From Desulfosoma sp. (GTDB lineage Bacteria > Desulfobacterota > Syntrophobacteria > Syntrophobacterales > DSM-9756), in assembly GCA_037481835.1 (NCBI GenBank), contig JBBFKW010000003.1:96001-160000 (forward strand): a stretch of DNA of 64,000 nt. Direction: 5' to 3'. Positions 52,329 through 62,247 of the stretch are shown here, piece after piece (positions within the stretch are counted from its first letter, which is position 1; every line of letters begins with the position of its first letter). A program made the translations under genes and the position numbers. The notes under the pieces were generated by a model. The model saw only the letters and a program-made list of their open reading frames with translations. It had not been told where the DNA came from and ran no database searches.

Positions 52329-53436
52329 ACCTCATGAGGTCCACAAGGAAGGTGGTGCCGGCGCCCACTCGGGATCGCACCAGAATCCGGCCGTGGAGCA
52401 TGTCCACCACTCTTTTGACGGCGGTGAGGCCCAAACCGATTCCCGGGTATTCCTCGCTGCCGTGTAGTCTCCTGAAGGGTTTGAAAATCTCGGGGATCTT
52501 TTCTTCCGGGATGCCGATCCCATTGTCGGTCACCGAGAAACGATACCCCCACGGAAACGCCTGCCAGCTTAGGGTGATTCGCGGAGGGGTTCCTGGCGCC
52601 GTGTATTTGAGGGCGTTGGAAAGGATATTTTGGAACAGGGAGACGAGAAGAGGCTTGGCCCCCAAAACGGTCGGCCAATCGTCCGGACCGGTGACGTGGG
52701 CGCGGCGGCGAACCCTTTCATCCCGGAGGCGATCCAGCACTTCGGCCATGACCTCCGCCATGTCCACCGGCCCAAGAAAAGGGGAAATCTTTTCCAGGCG
52801 GACGATCCGCAGCACCGCTTCCATCAGTTCCACCATATCGGTCGAAGATCGTCGGATTTTCGCGAGAAGATCGATGACATCGCGGGGAAGCTCCTTTTCC
52901 CGCTCTTCCTGCAAAAGCTCGGAAAAGCCCGTAATGGCCCGCAAGGGCGCTCTCAGGTCATGGGCCATGAGGTACAAGAAGGTTTTCAGCTCATGGTTCT
53001 TTCTGTCCAGGACCTTGGAAAGCAGCCGGGCTCGCACCAGCACCGCCACCCTGGCGTTCAGTTCCACTTTGCGGATGGGCGTGCACACGACCTCGTCCAC
53101 CGCCTGCCACAGGTTTTTAGTGGCCAGCCCCAGGTCCTTGTCCTGGGCGATGAAAAGAATGGGAAGGAACCGGGGCCTTTCGGCCTCCTTGGTTGCGAGA
53201 ATTTCCCGTTCCCAGCGGCGAAGCCCCAAACCGTCCACGATAACCAAATCCAGCGGCGCGTCCCAAGACGTGCCGTCATTGAGAACGCGCAGCAAGGGCC
53301 CCTCCTCTTCCTGCGGCCCCACACAGGCCTTTGCATCGAACGCTTGGAATTGGGCTGCGAGGTGTTCGCTCACGAGCTTTCGGTTTTCCTTGTGTTCGAT
53401 GGCGTTTAAAACGGTGATCAAATCGCACCCGTTCAT
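52300..53436 (-). CDS. sensor histidine kinase with degenerate N-terminal receiver
   Basis: AHDLRAPL, NILSNALKY, DNGIG and GIGLGL motifs; ATGA overlap with the upstream gene. Confidence 0.9.
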   Translation of the reverse strand: MNGCDLITVLNAIEHKENRKLVSEHLAAQFQAFDAKACVGPQEEEGPLLRVLNDGTSWDAPLDLVIVDGLGLRRWEREILATKEAERPRFLPILFIAQDKDLGLATKNLWQAVDEVVCTPIRKVELNARVAVLVRARLLSKVLDRKNHELKTFLYLMAHDLRAPLRAITGFSELLQEEREKELPRDVIDLLAKIRRSSTDMVELMEAVLRIVRLEKISPFLGPVDMAEVMAEVLDRLRDERVRRRAHVTGPDDWPTVLGAKPLLVSLFQNILSNALKYTAPGTPPRITLSWQAFPWGYRFSVTDNGIGIPEEKIPEIFKPFRRLHGSEEYPGIGLGLTAVKRVVDMLHGRILVRSRVGAGTTFLVDLMRYDHVENPAG

Positions 53437-53786
53437 GACTGTCCCACCAGCGTTTTGACAAGGGAAACGAATTCTCTTGCGACCAGCGGTTTCACCAGGA
53501 CCGCCTGCGCCCCGTGCCCCAAGGCCGCGGCACGGGCTTGTTGGTTTTCCCGAGGAAGAATGACGATGCTGGGAATCTTGCGGGAGGCCAGGAGCCGGCA
53601 CAGGCTCCAGACCCTCGGGCTCAGCCCGGCCACGTCGATGACCGCCGTGCGGATTGCCGCATTTTCCAAAACGATGGCCTCGGCCTGAGCTTCATCCGCG
53701 GCCGTCGTCACGGATTGACGGGCGTCTTCCAGGACCTGGCGCAGCAGGGCCCGGTTTCTCTCGCCGGCTTGCACAAGAAGAATCAT
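53433..53786 (-). CDS. atypical single-domain response regulator
   Basis: Receiver pattern (AVIDV, GAQAVLVKP) lacking the N-terminal acidic pair. Confidence 0.75.
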   Translation of the reverse strand: MILLVQAGERNRALLRQVLEDARQSVTTAADEAQAEAIVLENAAIRTAVIDVAGLSPRVWSLCRLLASRKIPSIVILPRENQQARAAALGHGAQAVLVKPLVAREFVSLVKTLVGQS

Positions 53787-55246
53787 GAAACCTCACCCGA
53801 AGACCCCACCGGAACAATTTCCGGCACACCCCGAAGAACGCCGCGGCACTCGGTCAAAGGCCGGCCCACTTTGAGTCCGTATCTGGTGATGGCGATCTCT
53901 CGAAGGGTATCTTCGAAACTTCCCGTGCGCTTCTTCAGCACGCCGATGGCCCGTTTGAGTCGTCCCATCATTTCCAGGTACCGGATGAAGACGATGTTGT
54001 CTGCAAGAAAACTGAACCCGTGCTTCGTGGCGCGAAACTCCCCGGTGATTTCCGTGACTTCTTCGATGACCAGGACCGTAACCCCCCGGTGCGTTAAGGA
54101 TCGGGTCAGGGCGTGGAGCTGTTCCGTGAGGTTCGATCCGCGAAGACACAGACGGTAGCCGCTCACGCTATCGATGATGACGATGCGCGTCCCGGCCTTT
54201 TCCACATCCTCCAGGACCTTGTAGGCGAAAGCGTTGGCGCTGTAGCGCAGCGGTTCGACCTTTTCCACTGCCAGGGTGCCGCGGGACACCATGGCCCGTG
54301 CGGGGATGTTCACCGCATCGCAGCGCTGAAGGATCCGGTGAGGCTCCTCTTCGAAGCTGTACATGTACGTGCGCTCCCCTCGGCCGGCGGCTTCCTTGGC
54401 GAACGCCATGGACAGCGTGCTCTTGCCCACCCCGGTGGGCCCGACGATGAGAGTCACGCTGGATTTGTCCAGGCCCCCGTGCAGGAGTTCGTCCAACTCG
54501 GGAACGCCGAAGGACAACAATTCCGGCACCGGCGCCGCTCCTTCCAGAGAGGGCGTCAGTTTGGGATAGACGACCATGCCCGACGGGGTGATCTCGATTT
54601 CATGCAGGCCCTGATCGAAAGAGGAACCCCGAAACTTGGACACTCGCACGGTTCGCGTGTTCTTGGAAAAGTCCAAATGGATGATGCCGTCGCAGAGAAA
54701 CTGCAAATCCTCGTCGGGCGCCTCCGGGCTGGATTCCGAAGAAAACAGGACCGTCGCCCCTCGATCCACGAGAAAACGGATAAAGGACAAGGACTGCTTG
54801 CGGAACATGTAGGGATCGCTGGAAAGATACCGGAATTGGGTCATGGAATCGATGAACACCCGGCGAGGGTTCACTTCCAAGACGGTGTCGATGATCCGCC
54901 GGGTCGTGGGTTCGCGCTCCACTTCCGCCGGCGAAAAGATGTCGTAGCTTTCCATCTTGGCGAAAAAGTCCGGGCCCGGGCTGAGATCCAGCATGCGGAC
55001 CCGGGACAGATCAAAGCCCATGGCGGAAGCGACCCGTTCGATCTTTTCCGCCGGCTCGCTCAGCGTGATGAACAAGGACGTCTCCGAGCGGTCTTGAGGT
55101 GCGGTGAGGAAATGCAGCCCGAAGGTCGTCTTGCCGGTTCCCGGGCCGCCGCGCACCAGGTAGGCGAATCCGTTGAGAAAACCGCCGTGAAGGATGGCAT
55201 CCATCCCGGCGATGCCGGTGGAAACTCGCGTCTCTTCGCGCTTCAT
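53783..55246 (-). CDS. KaiC-like double-domain RecA-superfamily ATPase
   Basis: Two P-loops (GGPGTGKT, GPTGVGKS), two Walker B (VFIDS, VIIDS), and KFRGS / KKRTG arginine fingers. Confidence 0.9.
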   Translation of the reverse strand: MKREETRVSTGIAGMDAILHGGFLNGFAYLVRGGPGTGKTTFGLHFLTAPQDRSETSLFITLSEPAEKIERVASAMGFDLSRVRMLDLSPGPDFFAKMESYDIFSPAEVEREPTTRRIIDTVLEVNPRRVFIDSMTQFRYLSSDPYMFRKQSLSFIRFLVDRGATVLFSSESSPEAPDEDLQFLCDGIIHLDFSKNTRTVRVSKFRGSSFDQGLHEIEITPSGMVVYPKLTPSLEGAAPVPELLSFGVPELDELLHGGLDKSSVTLIVGPTGVGKSTLSMAFAKEAAGRGERTYMYSFEEEPHRILQRCDAVNIPARAMVSRGTLAVEKVEPLRYSANAFAYKVLEDVEKAGTRIVIIDSVSGYRLCLRGSNLTEQLHALTRSLTHRGVTVLVIEEVTEITGEFRATKHGFSFLADNIVFIRYLEMMGRLKRAIGVLKKRTGSFEDTLREIAITRYGLKVGRPLTECRGVLRGVPEIVPVGSSGEVS

Positions 55247-55635
55247 CGCATGCCCCTCCGTGCTTTGTCCCCATGCACATTTTTCTCCGTGGGTGTTTCC
55301 CTTGCCTCGAAGCGCCATGGCAGCGCGCAAGGGTTCGTCTGACGGAAAGAACCGTTTCCTCTGCAGCGGCCTTGACGGATGCCCCGACTTAGAACGTGGG
55401 CCCTCGGGGATCCATTCCGCTAAAGGAGTTCGCGGCCCATGACAACCGGGAAGGGGCTCTCTGCGCGCATAGAAAAAATCCAGTGTCGCCAGGCGTTTGA
55501 AATTCAAGAATAACCAAAGGGGCGGACTTTTGAACCATTGGAGTGTCGGAACAGGAGAAGGACGTTTGGGCGCGCGATCCAATGAGGCAGGCCGCCTCTT
55601 CTTTCGGCTCGAGTTCCGGAGCGAAGACCATTTTT

Positions 55636-56463
55636 CTAAAGAAAAAGCTCAGGTTTTTCAACAAAATTGTTTTCGATGTCGCCGTGAAGCTCAGCGTCGG
55701 TTTCAGGGACGGTTCCGTGGAGGTAGCCGTCGCGGAGGCGGGCGCGGCAGTCTTCGGCATCGAAGGCGCGGCAGGCGATGGGCTTGATCGGGTGAATGGA
55801 ACAGAAATGAAGGGCGGTTCCGGGAGATTGGAAAAGAAAAGGGCACAGCTGCTGATTGGCAAGGCGTGTCCCTTCGAGGAGCTCACGCCAGTGGGGAGGG
55901 TAGGTCACGCCTTCGGGGGCGACGGCCGGCACCCCGCCGATCTGGCAGCAGGTGCCGCACATGCGGCACCACTGGCCGGAAGGCGGCCCCTGGCCGTGGC
56001 CGTCCCAGGGCAGGGAGGGAAAAGGGAGGGTGCGGAAAATCGTGGTGAGATCGGCCCGGATGCCAAGAAAAGCCTCGGCGAACTGCACGAGATCCCTGAC
56101 GAGCAGAGGCTGCATCTCGGGCCGGTCTTTGTGGATATAGAAGCGCATGCCCGTGACGTGGGCGAAAAGGGTCCGTTCCAGCATGCCCAAAGGAAAGTAC
56201 GGGTCGCAAAGTGCCGCTTTGAGGATCGGGGTGTGGGCGGTGGCGTCCGGATGGGAAAGCAGGCGATGGAGGAGCTCGACCAGGGTGGGGGCACTTCCAC
56301 ATTCCGTTGGGTTTTCTTGCCCGTGACCTCCTGAAGAAGGGCCCGAAGGGCTCGAAAGGGGATCGTTCCTGCGGCAACGGGTCGGCGTGCCGGCTCTATG
56401 CCGCAAGTAGGCCTGCCGAGCCTTGGAAAAGTCCAGAAACAGCCGTCGAAAGGTCGGCTCCAC
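55636..56463 (-). CDS. YkgJ-like cysteine cluster (CxxCxxCC) protein
   Basis: CRMCGTCC, CPFL and CSIHPIKPIACRAF motifs; GTG 56463 after GGAGG. Confidence 0.75.
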   Translation of the reverse strand: MEPTFRRLFLDFSKARQAYLRHRAGTPTRCRRNDPLSSPSGPSSGGHGQENPTECGSAPTLVELLHRLLSHPDATAHTPILKAALCDPYFPLGMLERTLFAHVTGMRFYIHKDRPEMQPLLVRDLVQFAEAFLGIRADLTTIFRTLPFPSLPWDGHGQGPPSGQWCRMCGTCCQIGGVPAVAPEGVTYPPHWRELLEGTRLANQQLCPFLFQSPGTALHFCSIHPIKPIACRAFDAEDCRARLRDGYLHGTVPETDAELHGDIENNFVEKPELFL

Positions 56464-56665
56464 GTGAGTCCTCCGCCGTCGTGCCTGTGTTCGAATACCG
56501 TGGACAGGGCATTTCTTTATACCAAAGATGAGCGGAATGCGCCTTGACCTTTGCGAGTTCTGCGAGAAAAATGGTCGCGACGAAACAGTGCCGCACGAGG
56601 GTCCATGCCCGCGGAAGGGATGATGGAATTCGGCGATCGTAGAAACGCGAGAGAGGTCGAGGAAC

Positions 56666-57673
56666 ATGACGAGAAGAGCGTATCCCCGAAGGGCGGCGGC
56701 GGGATTCGGGGCAGGGGCCTTTGCCGGCCGCCTGCGCTTCTTAATCCTTGCGGTGCTTTCGGCCCTTTCCTTGGTTTTCGCCACGGCGGCGAACCGAACC
56801 TGGGCCGCCGACCGTTTGCTGCGCCTCGGGATCCTTCCCGTCTTGGACACACTCCCTCTGCAGGTTGCCGTCTCGGAAAAATTCTTCGAAAAACACGGCC
56901 TGAATGTGGAGCTCGTCTCCTTCGACAGCGCCCTGGAACGGGACGCCGCCATGCAGGCCGGACAGCTCGAGGCCTACTTCGGCGATATGGTCAACACGGT
57001 CCTGGTGGTGCAGGGCGGGGTGCCCATGCGCATCGTGACCGTCTCCTACGCGAGTCGCCCCGGGCAGAGGCAGTTCGCCGTGGTGGGCCGCCCCGGTCTC
57101 GAGGCCGCTTCCCTCCATGATCTTCCCTCGGGGAGCCTAGGGCTTTCCAACGCCACCATCATGGAGTATCTCGTCGACCTCATGGAAGAACGAGGTCTCG
57201 TGCCCCGGGGGCGGTTTGAACGGTTGGAAGTCAAAAAAATTCCCATCCGCATGCAGATGCTCCTGGGAGGCCGGCTGGATCTGGCCATCCTGCCGGAACC
57301 TCTGGTGAGCCTCGCCGAATCCCAAGGGGCGCGGGTCTACGCCGACGACCAAAGCCTGGAGGTGACGCTCACGGTCATCGGCATCGTGGATCGCCTTCTT
57401 CAGGATCCCGCGGGCGTCGGCGAAAGATTTCTCGCCGCCTACGGGGAAGCCGTGGACGCCTTGAGCCGGGACCCCGAAAAATATCGAAAACTCATGGCCG
57501 AATCGTGCCGCATCCCCGAATCCCTCAGGGCCACCTTTCGCATTCCCGCCTTTCCCCGACCGGGTCTGCCTCCCACGGCCGATGTGGAACGGTTGCTGTC
57601 GTGGATGGAAGCCCGGGGCCTCATGAACCGGCCTCTTAAGGCGGACGACCTGGTCTGGAGCGTTCGCCCGTGA
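56666..57673 (+). CDS. NitT/TauT-type ABC transporter substrate-binding protein
   Basis: Signal peptide, F.KHGLNVEL and LPEP motifs. Confidence 0.88.
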   Translation: MTRRAYPRRAAAGFGAGAFAGRLRFLILAVLSALSLVFATAANRTWAADRLLRLGILPVLDTLPLQVAVSEKFFEKHGLNVELVSFDSALERDAAMQAGQLEAYFGDMVNTVLVVQGGVPMRIVTVSYASRPGQRQFAVVGRPGLEAASLHDLPSGSLGLSNATIMEYLVDLMEERGLVPRGRFERLEVKKIPIRMQMLLGGRLDLAILPEPLVSLAESQGARVYADDQSLEVTLTVIGIVDRLLQDPAGVGERFLAAYGEAVDALSRDPEKYRKLMAESCRIPESLRATFRIPAFPRPGLPPTADVERLLSWMEARGLMNRPLKADDLVWSVRP

Positions 57674-58452
57674 GCGAGGCCGCGCTTTTGGAGGCACACA
57701 ACCTGCACAAGAGCTACCCGCAGCGCGGGCCGGTTTTGGCGGGCGTTTCGCTTCGCTTGGACCGGGAAGACACGTGCGCCGTGGTTGGCCCGTCGGGGTG
57801 CGGCAAGAGCACGCTGCTCTACCTTTTGTGCGGGCTGTCGCCGGCGGACCGCGGCACCGTGCTCTATCAAGGCCGCCCGGTGGAGCGGCCGCGGCGGGAA
57901 ATCGCCGTGGCTCTCCAGGACTACGGGCTCCTGCCGTGGAAGACGGTGTTCCAAAACGTGGCGTTGGGGATGAAGATCCGAGGGGTTTCGAGAGCCGACC
58001 GAACTCGGCGGGCGGCGGCGTGGATCCGCAGCCTGGGTCTGGAAGGGCGGGAACGGTTTTTCCCGGCGCAGCTGAGCGGCGGTGAACAGCAGCGCGTGGC
58101 GCTGGCAAGGGCCTTCGCCGGGGAACCGGGGGTGCTTCTCCTGGATGAACCCTTTTCGTCTTTGGACGCCATCACCCGGGAGCGGCTCCAGCACACCCTT
58201 CTCAGCATGTGGCTGCGCGTGCGGGTGCCGTACGTTCTCGTGACCCACAGCGTGGACGAAGCCGTGTTTCTGGCGAAAAAGATTTACATCATGGCGGGAA
58301 GTCCCGCCCGCTTCGTGCACACCGTCTTCAACCCGGGTTTCGGTCGCCCCGATGCCCGCAAAGACCCCGCTTTTTACACCGCGGTGCAGAGCGTGCGCAG
58401 CGCTTTGGATCGGGCGGTCAACGGAGACGGCTCCCTATGGGCAAACCCCTGA
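57670..58452 (+). CDS. ABC transporter ATP-binding protein (NitT/TauT)
   Basis: GPSGCGKST, LLPWKTV, LSGGEQQR and LLDEPF motifs. Confidence 0.93.
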   Translation: MSEAALLEAHNLHKSYPQRGPVLAGVSLRLDREDTCAVVGPSGCGKSTLLYLLCGLSPADRGTVLYQGRPVERPRREIAVALQDYGLLPWKTVFQNVALGMKIRGVSRADRTRRAAAWIRSLGLEGRERFFPAQLSGGEQQRVALARAFAGEPGVLLLDEPFSSLDAITRERLQHTLLSMWLRVRVPYVLVTHSVDEAVFLAKKIYIMAGSPARFVHTVFNPGFGRPDARKDPAFYTAVQSVRSALDRAVNGDGSLWANP

Positions 58453-59216
58453 AAACGGCCGGCTCGCGTGTGCTCCACACCGCAGCCGCTCTGGGTGTTC
58501 TGGGTGCGGCCTGGTGGGGCCTTGCGGAAGGTTTCGGAGGAGGCGGCGTCCTGCCGGGACCCGTGGAGGCTTTATCGGCCTTCCTTCAGGCGCTTTTGAC
58601 ACATGCCTTTTGGGATCATGTGCGAGCCAGCGCGTTTCGAGTTCTCACGGCCATGGCGTGGGCGTGGGTGATCGCCTTTCCCCTGGGGATCGTGATGGGC
58701 AGCCACAAAAAAACCGATGCGTGGTTGGCTCCTTTGGTTTTTCTCACCTATCCCGTCCCCAAGATCGTGCTCCTGCCGGTCGTGCTGCTCCTTTTCGGCC
58801 TGGGGGATTTTTCCAAGGTGATCCTCATCGCCCTGATCGTGGGCTATCAGGTGCTCGTGGCCGTTCGAGACGGTGTGGTGGGCCTGAATCCCAAGTACCT
58901 GGATTCGGTCCGGACATTGGGCGCGGGGCCGTGGCCTTTGTTTCTTCACGTCCTGCTTCCCGCCGCCTTGCCCCATGGCTTCACCGCGTTGCGCCTGGGC
59001 ACGGGAACGGGCATCGCGGTCCTGTTCTTTGTGGAATCCTTCGCCACATCCCGCGGTTTGGGCTACCTCATCATGGACGCCTGGGGGCGACTGGATTACC
59101 GCGGCATGTTCGTCGGCATCCTGGGGATGAGCCTCCTGGGGGCGGCCCTTTTCGAAACCATCGGAGCCCTGGAACGGCTCCTGTGCCGGTGGCAGGCCGC
59201 CCGAGGCCGGGCATAG
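58437..59216 (+). CDS. ABC transporter permease (NitT/TauT)
   Basis: Hydrophobic helices; YPVPKI, TLGA...LPAALP and GLGY motifs. Confidence 0.9.
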   Translation: MGKPLKTAGSRVLHTAAALGVLGAAWWGLAEGFGGGGVLPGPVEALSAFLQALLTHAFWDHVRASAFRVLTAMAWAWVIAFPLGIVMGSHKKTDAWLAPLVFLTYPVPKIVLLPVVLLLFGLGDFSKVILIALIVGYQVLVAVRDGVVGLNPKYLDSVRTLGAGPWPLFLHVLLPAALPHGFTALRLGTGTGIAVLFFVESFATSRGLGYLIMDAWGRLDYRGMFVGILGMSLLGAALFETIGALERLLCRWQAARGRA

Positions 59217-59269
59217 ACACGGATGCCGCTTGTCACCGGCCGTGGGGATGGCCGGGGGTGAGGGGCTGG

Positions 59270-59361
59270 GAGCTTGTCCGAGAATGCCGTGGTTTATGGC
59301 ATCGTAAGTATCTGATTTTACGTTGCCAACGTCGGCAAGAATGGAATTGCCGGACAGGCTC
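59270..59361. mobile_element. 92-bp MITE (type B)
   Basis: GAGCTTGTCCGAGAAT...CCGGACAGGCTC flanked by CTGG and CTAG; the right CTAG holds the stop of the Hsp70-like gene. Confidence 0.8.
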
Positions 59362-62247
59362 CTAGGTGAGGAGGGTGAGGCCCACGGGGAGGGAATCTCC
59401 GAAGAGCCAGCTTTCCTCATGGGGAAGCAGGGCGCTTTCCGGGTTGCGCAGCCGCTCCCCATACCCTTCGGCCTCGGGTCCCAAGCCGTCCAGCCACCGT
59501 GCGATCCGATCCATGAGTTCATCGGGGACGTCCCGAACGCGATCCCCCGTTTTCCGGGCGAGATGCACCACCATCTGGGCGATGGGCTCCGTGGCGGCGG
59601 GATGCGCATCCAAAATGGCGGCGACCCACACCGACACGGTCGCTGCGGGAACGACCCGATCCACGGGGCCGTAAAAGGGCCTTCGGGCTCCAAGGCGCGT
59701 CAGCACCCAAAGATCCTGCGGTTTCGGCCGGCGTTCCAGGACCCTTTCCAGCACCGCCCGCCCCAGGGTTTCTTTCACTTCTGCGGGAAGCCTTTCGAAG
59801 TTCGCCAGAGCCATCCACACTTCGGGGATTTCCTGGGGCACAAGTTTTACGGCGGGTTTTTTCTTTCCTTTTTTCTTGCCCTCATCGGCGAGCAAGACCG
59901 GGAGGATCTGCTGGGCGATGTGCCCCTGACGACCGGCGCTCAACCCCCCGGCCACGCGCCGCCAGAAGATCCACCATTCCACGCGGCATTGGACCTGGCG
60001 GGGAAAAAGGACGCCCTGGGGATAGAGCTTCCACACCTCTTGGATCCGCCATTCATCCACGGGATCCCCGTAGCCGGGGCGAAGGCAATACCCAAGAAGG
60101 TTCAGCCACCGCGCTTCATGGGCGGCGCTCAGGCCCCGACCGTCCCGATGGTCCAGGAGCACGTCGGCGAGAGTTCTGATGAGGCTCGTGGACCACTTGT
60201 GCCGAGGCATCTCCAGAATATCGCCCAGATCCTTCATGAGCTTTTCCGGGGACGCCTGGGACCCGCTCAGCGTGTCCGCCTTGCGGAAAGCCGCCCCGAC
60301 CCGTTCCTTGGCTCTTTCGAGAACGGCTTCATCCACGGTTTCCGCCGGTGCCTGGGCGGCGGGGGGCGAAGGGGACGCCTGGGGCTGGCGGCGCACGTCG
60401 AATCGCAACTGCCACCGGTGCGGGGTCTGAATGGACCGGCACCACAGTTCCAGGGTGCCCACTTCGGTAAGCTTCATGGCGATCTGCACGGGAAGTTTTT
60501 GGGCGGCGGCCCGTTTGCCGAAGCGCAATGCCGTTTGAATGGGCGGCAGCGGGGTCACCTCGTCCGGGCTCAGGGTGACCACATCACCCTGGCGATCGCC
60601 GAGGCGCGTATGAGAACTGTAGATTTGGAAAGTTGCGGGCTGGTTGGTCAGCACGGCGAACGTGGGGGATTCCAGGACGCTTTCGAAACCCTCTTCCGTG
60701 CCTCGAGGGATCAGGCAGACGGCCCGGAAGGCTTCGGCTTCGGTTTCGGCTTCCCGGGGCGGGACTTCTTCAGGAGCCACCTGGACGTAATAGGCTCGCG
60801 GGGTTCCCGCGCCCACGGGCACCCCGGCCCCGGAGCGCACCAGCCCATAGTAGGCGGCGCCGACGGCCACGGCGAGATCGGGCCTGGGGTTATCCAGCTC
60901 TTGGGGAAGCCACCCGGATCCCGCCCGCCCCTGAAACCACTCGCCCAAGACCTCCCGCAACCGTCGGCGGATTTTTGCCGGGCTCAGGGCCCCTCCGTTG
61001 AACAGGATGAAATCCGGGTAGGGGTCGGGTCGACCGGTCTGTTCCTTGAGGAGCGGTTCGTGACGGCGCCAGAAGGACGCCAGATGACGACTTACGGCCG
61101 GATCCTGTACGTAGGGAAGGCCGAATTCGGTGATTCCCGAACGGCGCCCTTCTTGCGGCTCCTCGTCGAAAGCCGTGTGAGGGAAAAAACCCTCCAGGAT
61201 CCATTGGAAGACGTCGCTTCGACTCAGGGTGCCCTTGAGAGTGCCGGCGATGAGCTTTCCGCCCGTGCCCATGACGGTGACGTCGAACCGGTCCCTTTGG
61301 GTCGAGTCCTCCAGGAGGGCTTCCTTGGCGCGGCGGCATCCGTGACACAGCTGATGCCAGCGCTGGGCGTCCAGTTTGCCGGGCCCGCCCAGAAGCGCCA
61401 TTTCCAGCCGACGGGCCAGCGTCAGGTCCATGTTGTCGCCGCCCAGCATGAGGTGATCGCCCACGGCCAGGCGGTCGAAGCGAAGACCGGTGCGCCCTTG
61501 ACGCACGGCGATGGCGGTGAAGTCCGTGGTGCCGCCTCCCACGTCGCACACGAGCACCAGGTTTTGGGGGCTCATTGTCCGGTCCCAATCGTCTTCGTGG
61601 GCGGCGAGCCACGCATAGAAGGCGGCCAGAGGTTCTTCCAAGAGGATGACTTTTTTCAGGCCCGCCCGGCCTGCAGCTTCCACGGTGAGTTCCCGGGCCA
61701 CTTCGTCGAAGGAGGCGGGAACGGTGAGAATCACGAGCTGTTCTTCCAGCACGTTTTCTTCATCGTCGGCGCCGCGCGCCATGACGTGGTTCCAGGCTTC
61801 CCGCATGTGTTGCAAGTATCGGGCGGAGGCATCCACGGGGGACACTTTGGGGACATCCTTGGGAGCCCCCCACGGCAGGATGGGCGCCTGCCGGTCCACG
61901 GCCCCGTGGCAGAGCCAGGACTTGGCCGAAGAGACCAGCCGCCCGGGAACGAGGGCTCCTTGTTCCCGGGCGAATTCTCCCACGACGTAGGGCCGCCGGG
62001 GATCCCACGGAAGGGCCGTCGCCCCCGGTGGAAGATCGTATGGACCGGGCAGATACAGGAAAGACGGGAGCAGGGGCCGGCGGGCCGTTTCGGCGGCGGC
62101 CACGAGCTGCGGCACGGAAAAGATGCGGATGGCCGCCGACGGTTTCCCTTCCGGCGCGGTTCGGCGGTCCACATAGGCCACGGCGGAATTGGTGGTTCCC
62201 AGGTCGATCCCCACCACGTAACGGGAGGGCGAAGGTTCGGGCATCAT
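59362..62247 (-). CDS. Hsp70-like protein with long C-terminal extension (DUF3731-like)
   Basis: GIDLGTTNS, LTVPASFD, DVGGGTTDF and LGGDNMD motifs; C-terminal W.NL.GYCLRPGYG and RLGAR.P.YG. Confidence 0.88.
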   Translation of the reverse strand: MMPEPSPSRYVVGIDLGTTNSAVAYVDRRTAPEGKPSAAIRIFSVPQLVAAAETARRPLLPSFLYLPGPYDLPPGATALPWDPRRPYVVGEFAREQGALVPGRLVSSAKSWLCHGAVDRQAPILPWGAPKDVPKVSPVDASARYLQHMREAWNHVMARGADDEENVLEEQLVILTVPASFDEVARELTVEAAGRAGLKKVILLEEPLAAFYAWLAAHEDDWDRTMSPQNLVLVCDVGGGTTDFTAIAVRQGRTGLRFDRLAVGDHLMLGGDNMDLTLARRLEMALLGGPGKLDAQRWHQLCHGCRRAKEALLEDSTQRDRFDVTVMGTGGKLIAGTLKGTLSRSDVFQWILEGFFPHTAFDEEPQEGRRSGITEFGLPYVQDPAVSRHLASFWRRHEPLLKEQTGRPDPYPDFILFNGGALSPAKIRRRLREVLGEWFQGRAGSGWLPQELDNPRPDLAVAVGAAYYGLVRSGAGVPVGAGTPRAYYVQVAPEEVPPREAETEAEAFRAVCLIPRGTEEGFESVLESPTFAVLTNQPATFQIYSSHTRLGDRQGDVVTLSPDEVTPLPPIQTALRFGKRAAAQKLPVQIAMKLTEVGTLELWCRSIQTPHRWQLRFDVRRQPQASPSPPAAQAPAETVDEAVLERAKERVGAAFRKADTLSGSQASPEKLMKDLGDILEMPRHKWSTSLIRTLADVLLDHRDGRGLSAAHEARWLNLLGYCLRPGYGDPVDEWRIQEVWKLYPQGVLFPRQVQCRVEWWIFWRRVAGGLSAGRQGHIAQQILPVLLADEGKKKGKKKPAVKLVPQEIPEVWMALANFERLPAEVKETLGRAVLERVLERRPKPQDLWVLTRLGARRPFYGPVDRVVPAATVSVWVAAILDAHPAATEPIAQMVVHLARKTGDRVRDVPDELMDRIARWLDGLGPEAEGYGERLRNPESALLPHEESWLFGDSLPVGLTLLT

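Noticed and set aside
53783..55246. True circadian clock kaiC
   Set aside because: No kaiA or kaiB is in the window, the second phosphosite is Phe, and the first-domain EE pair is incomplete.
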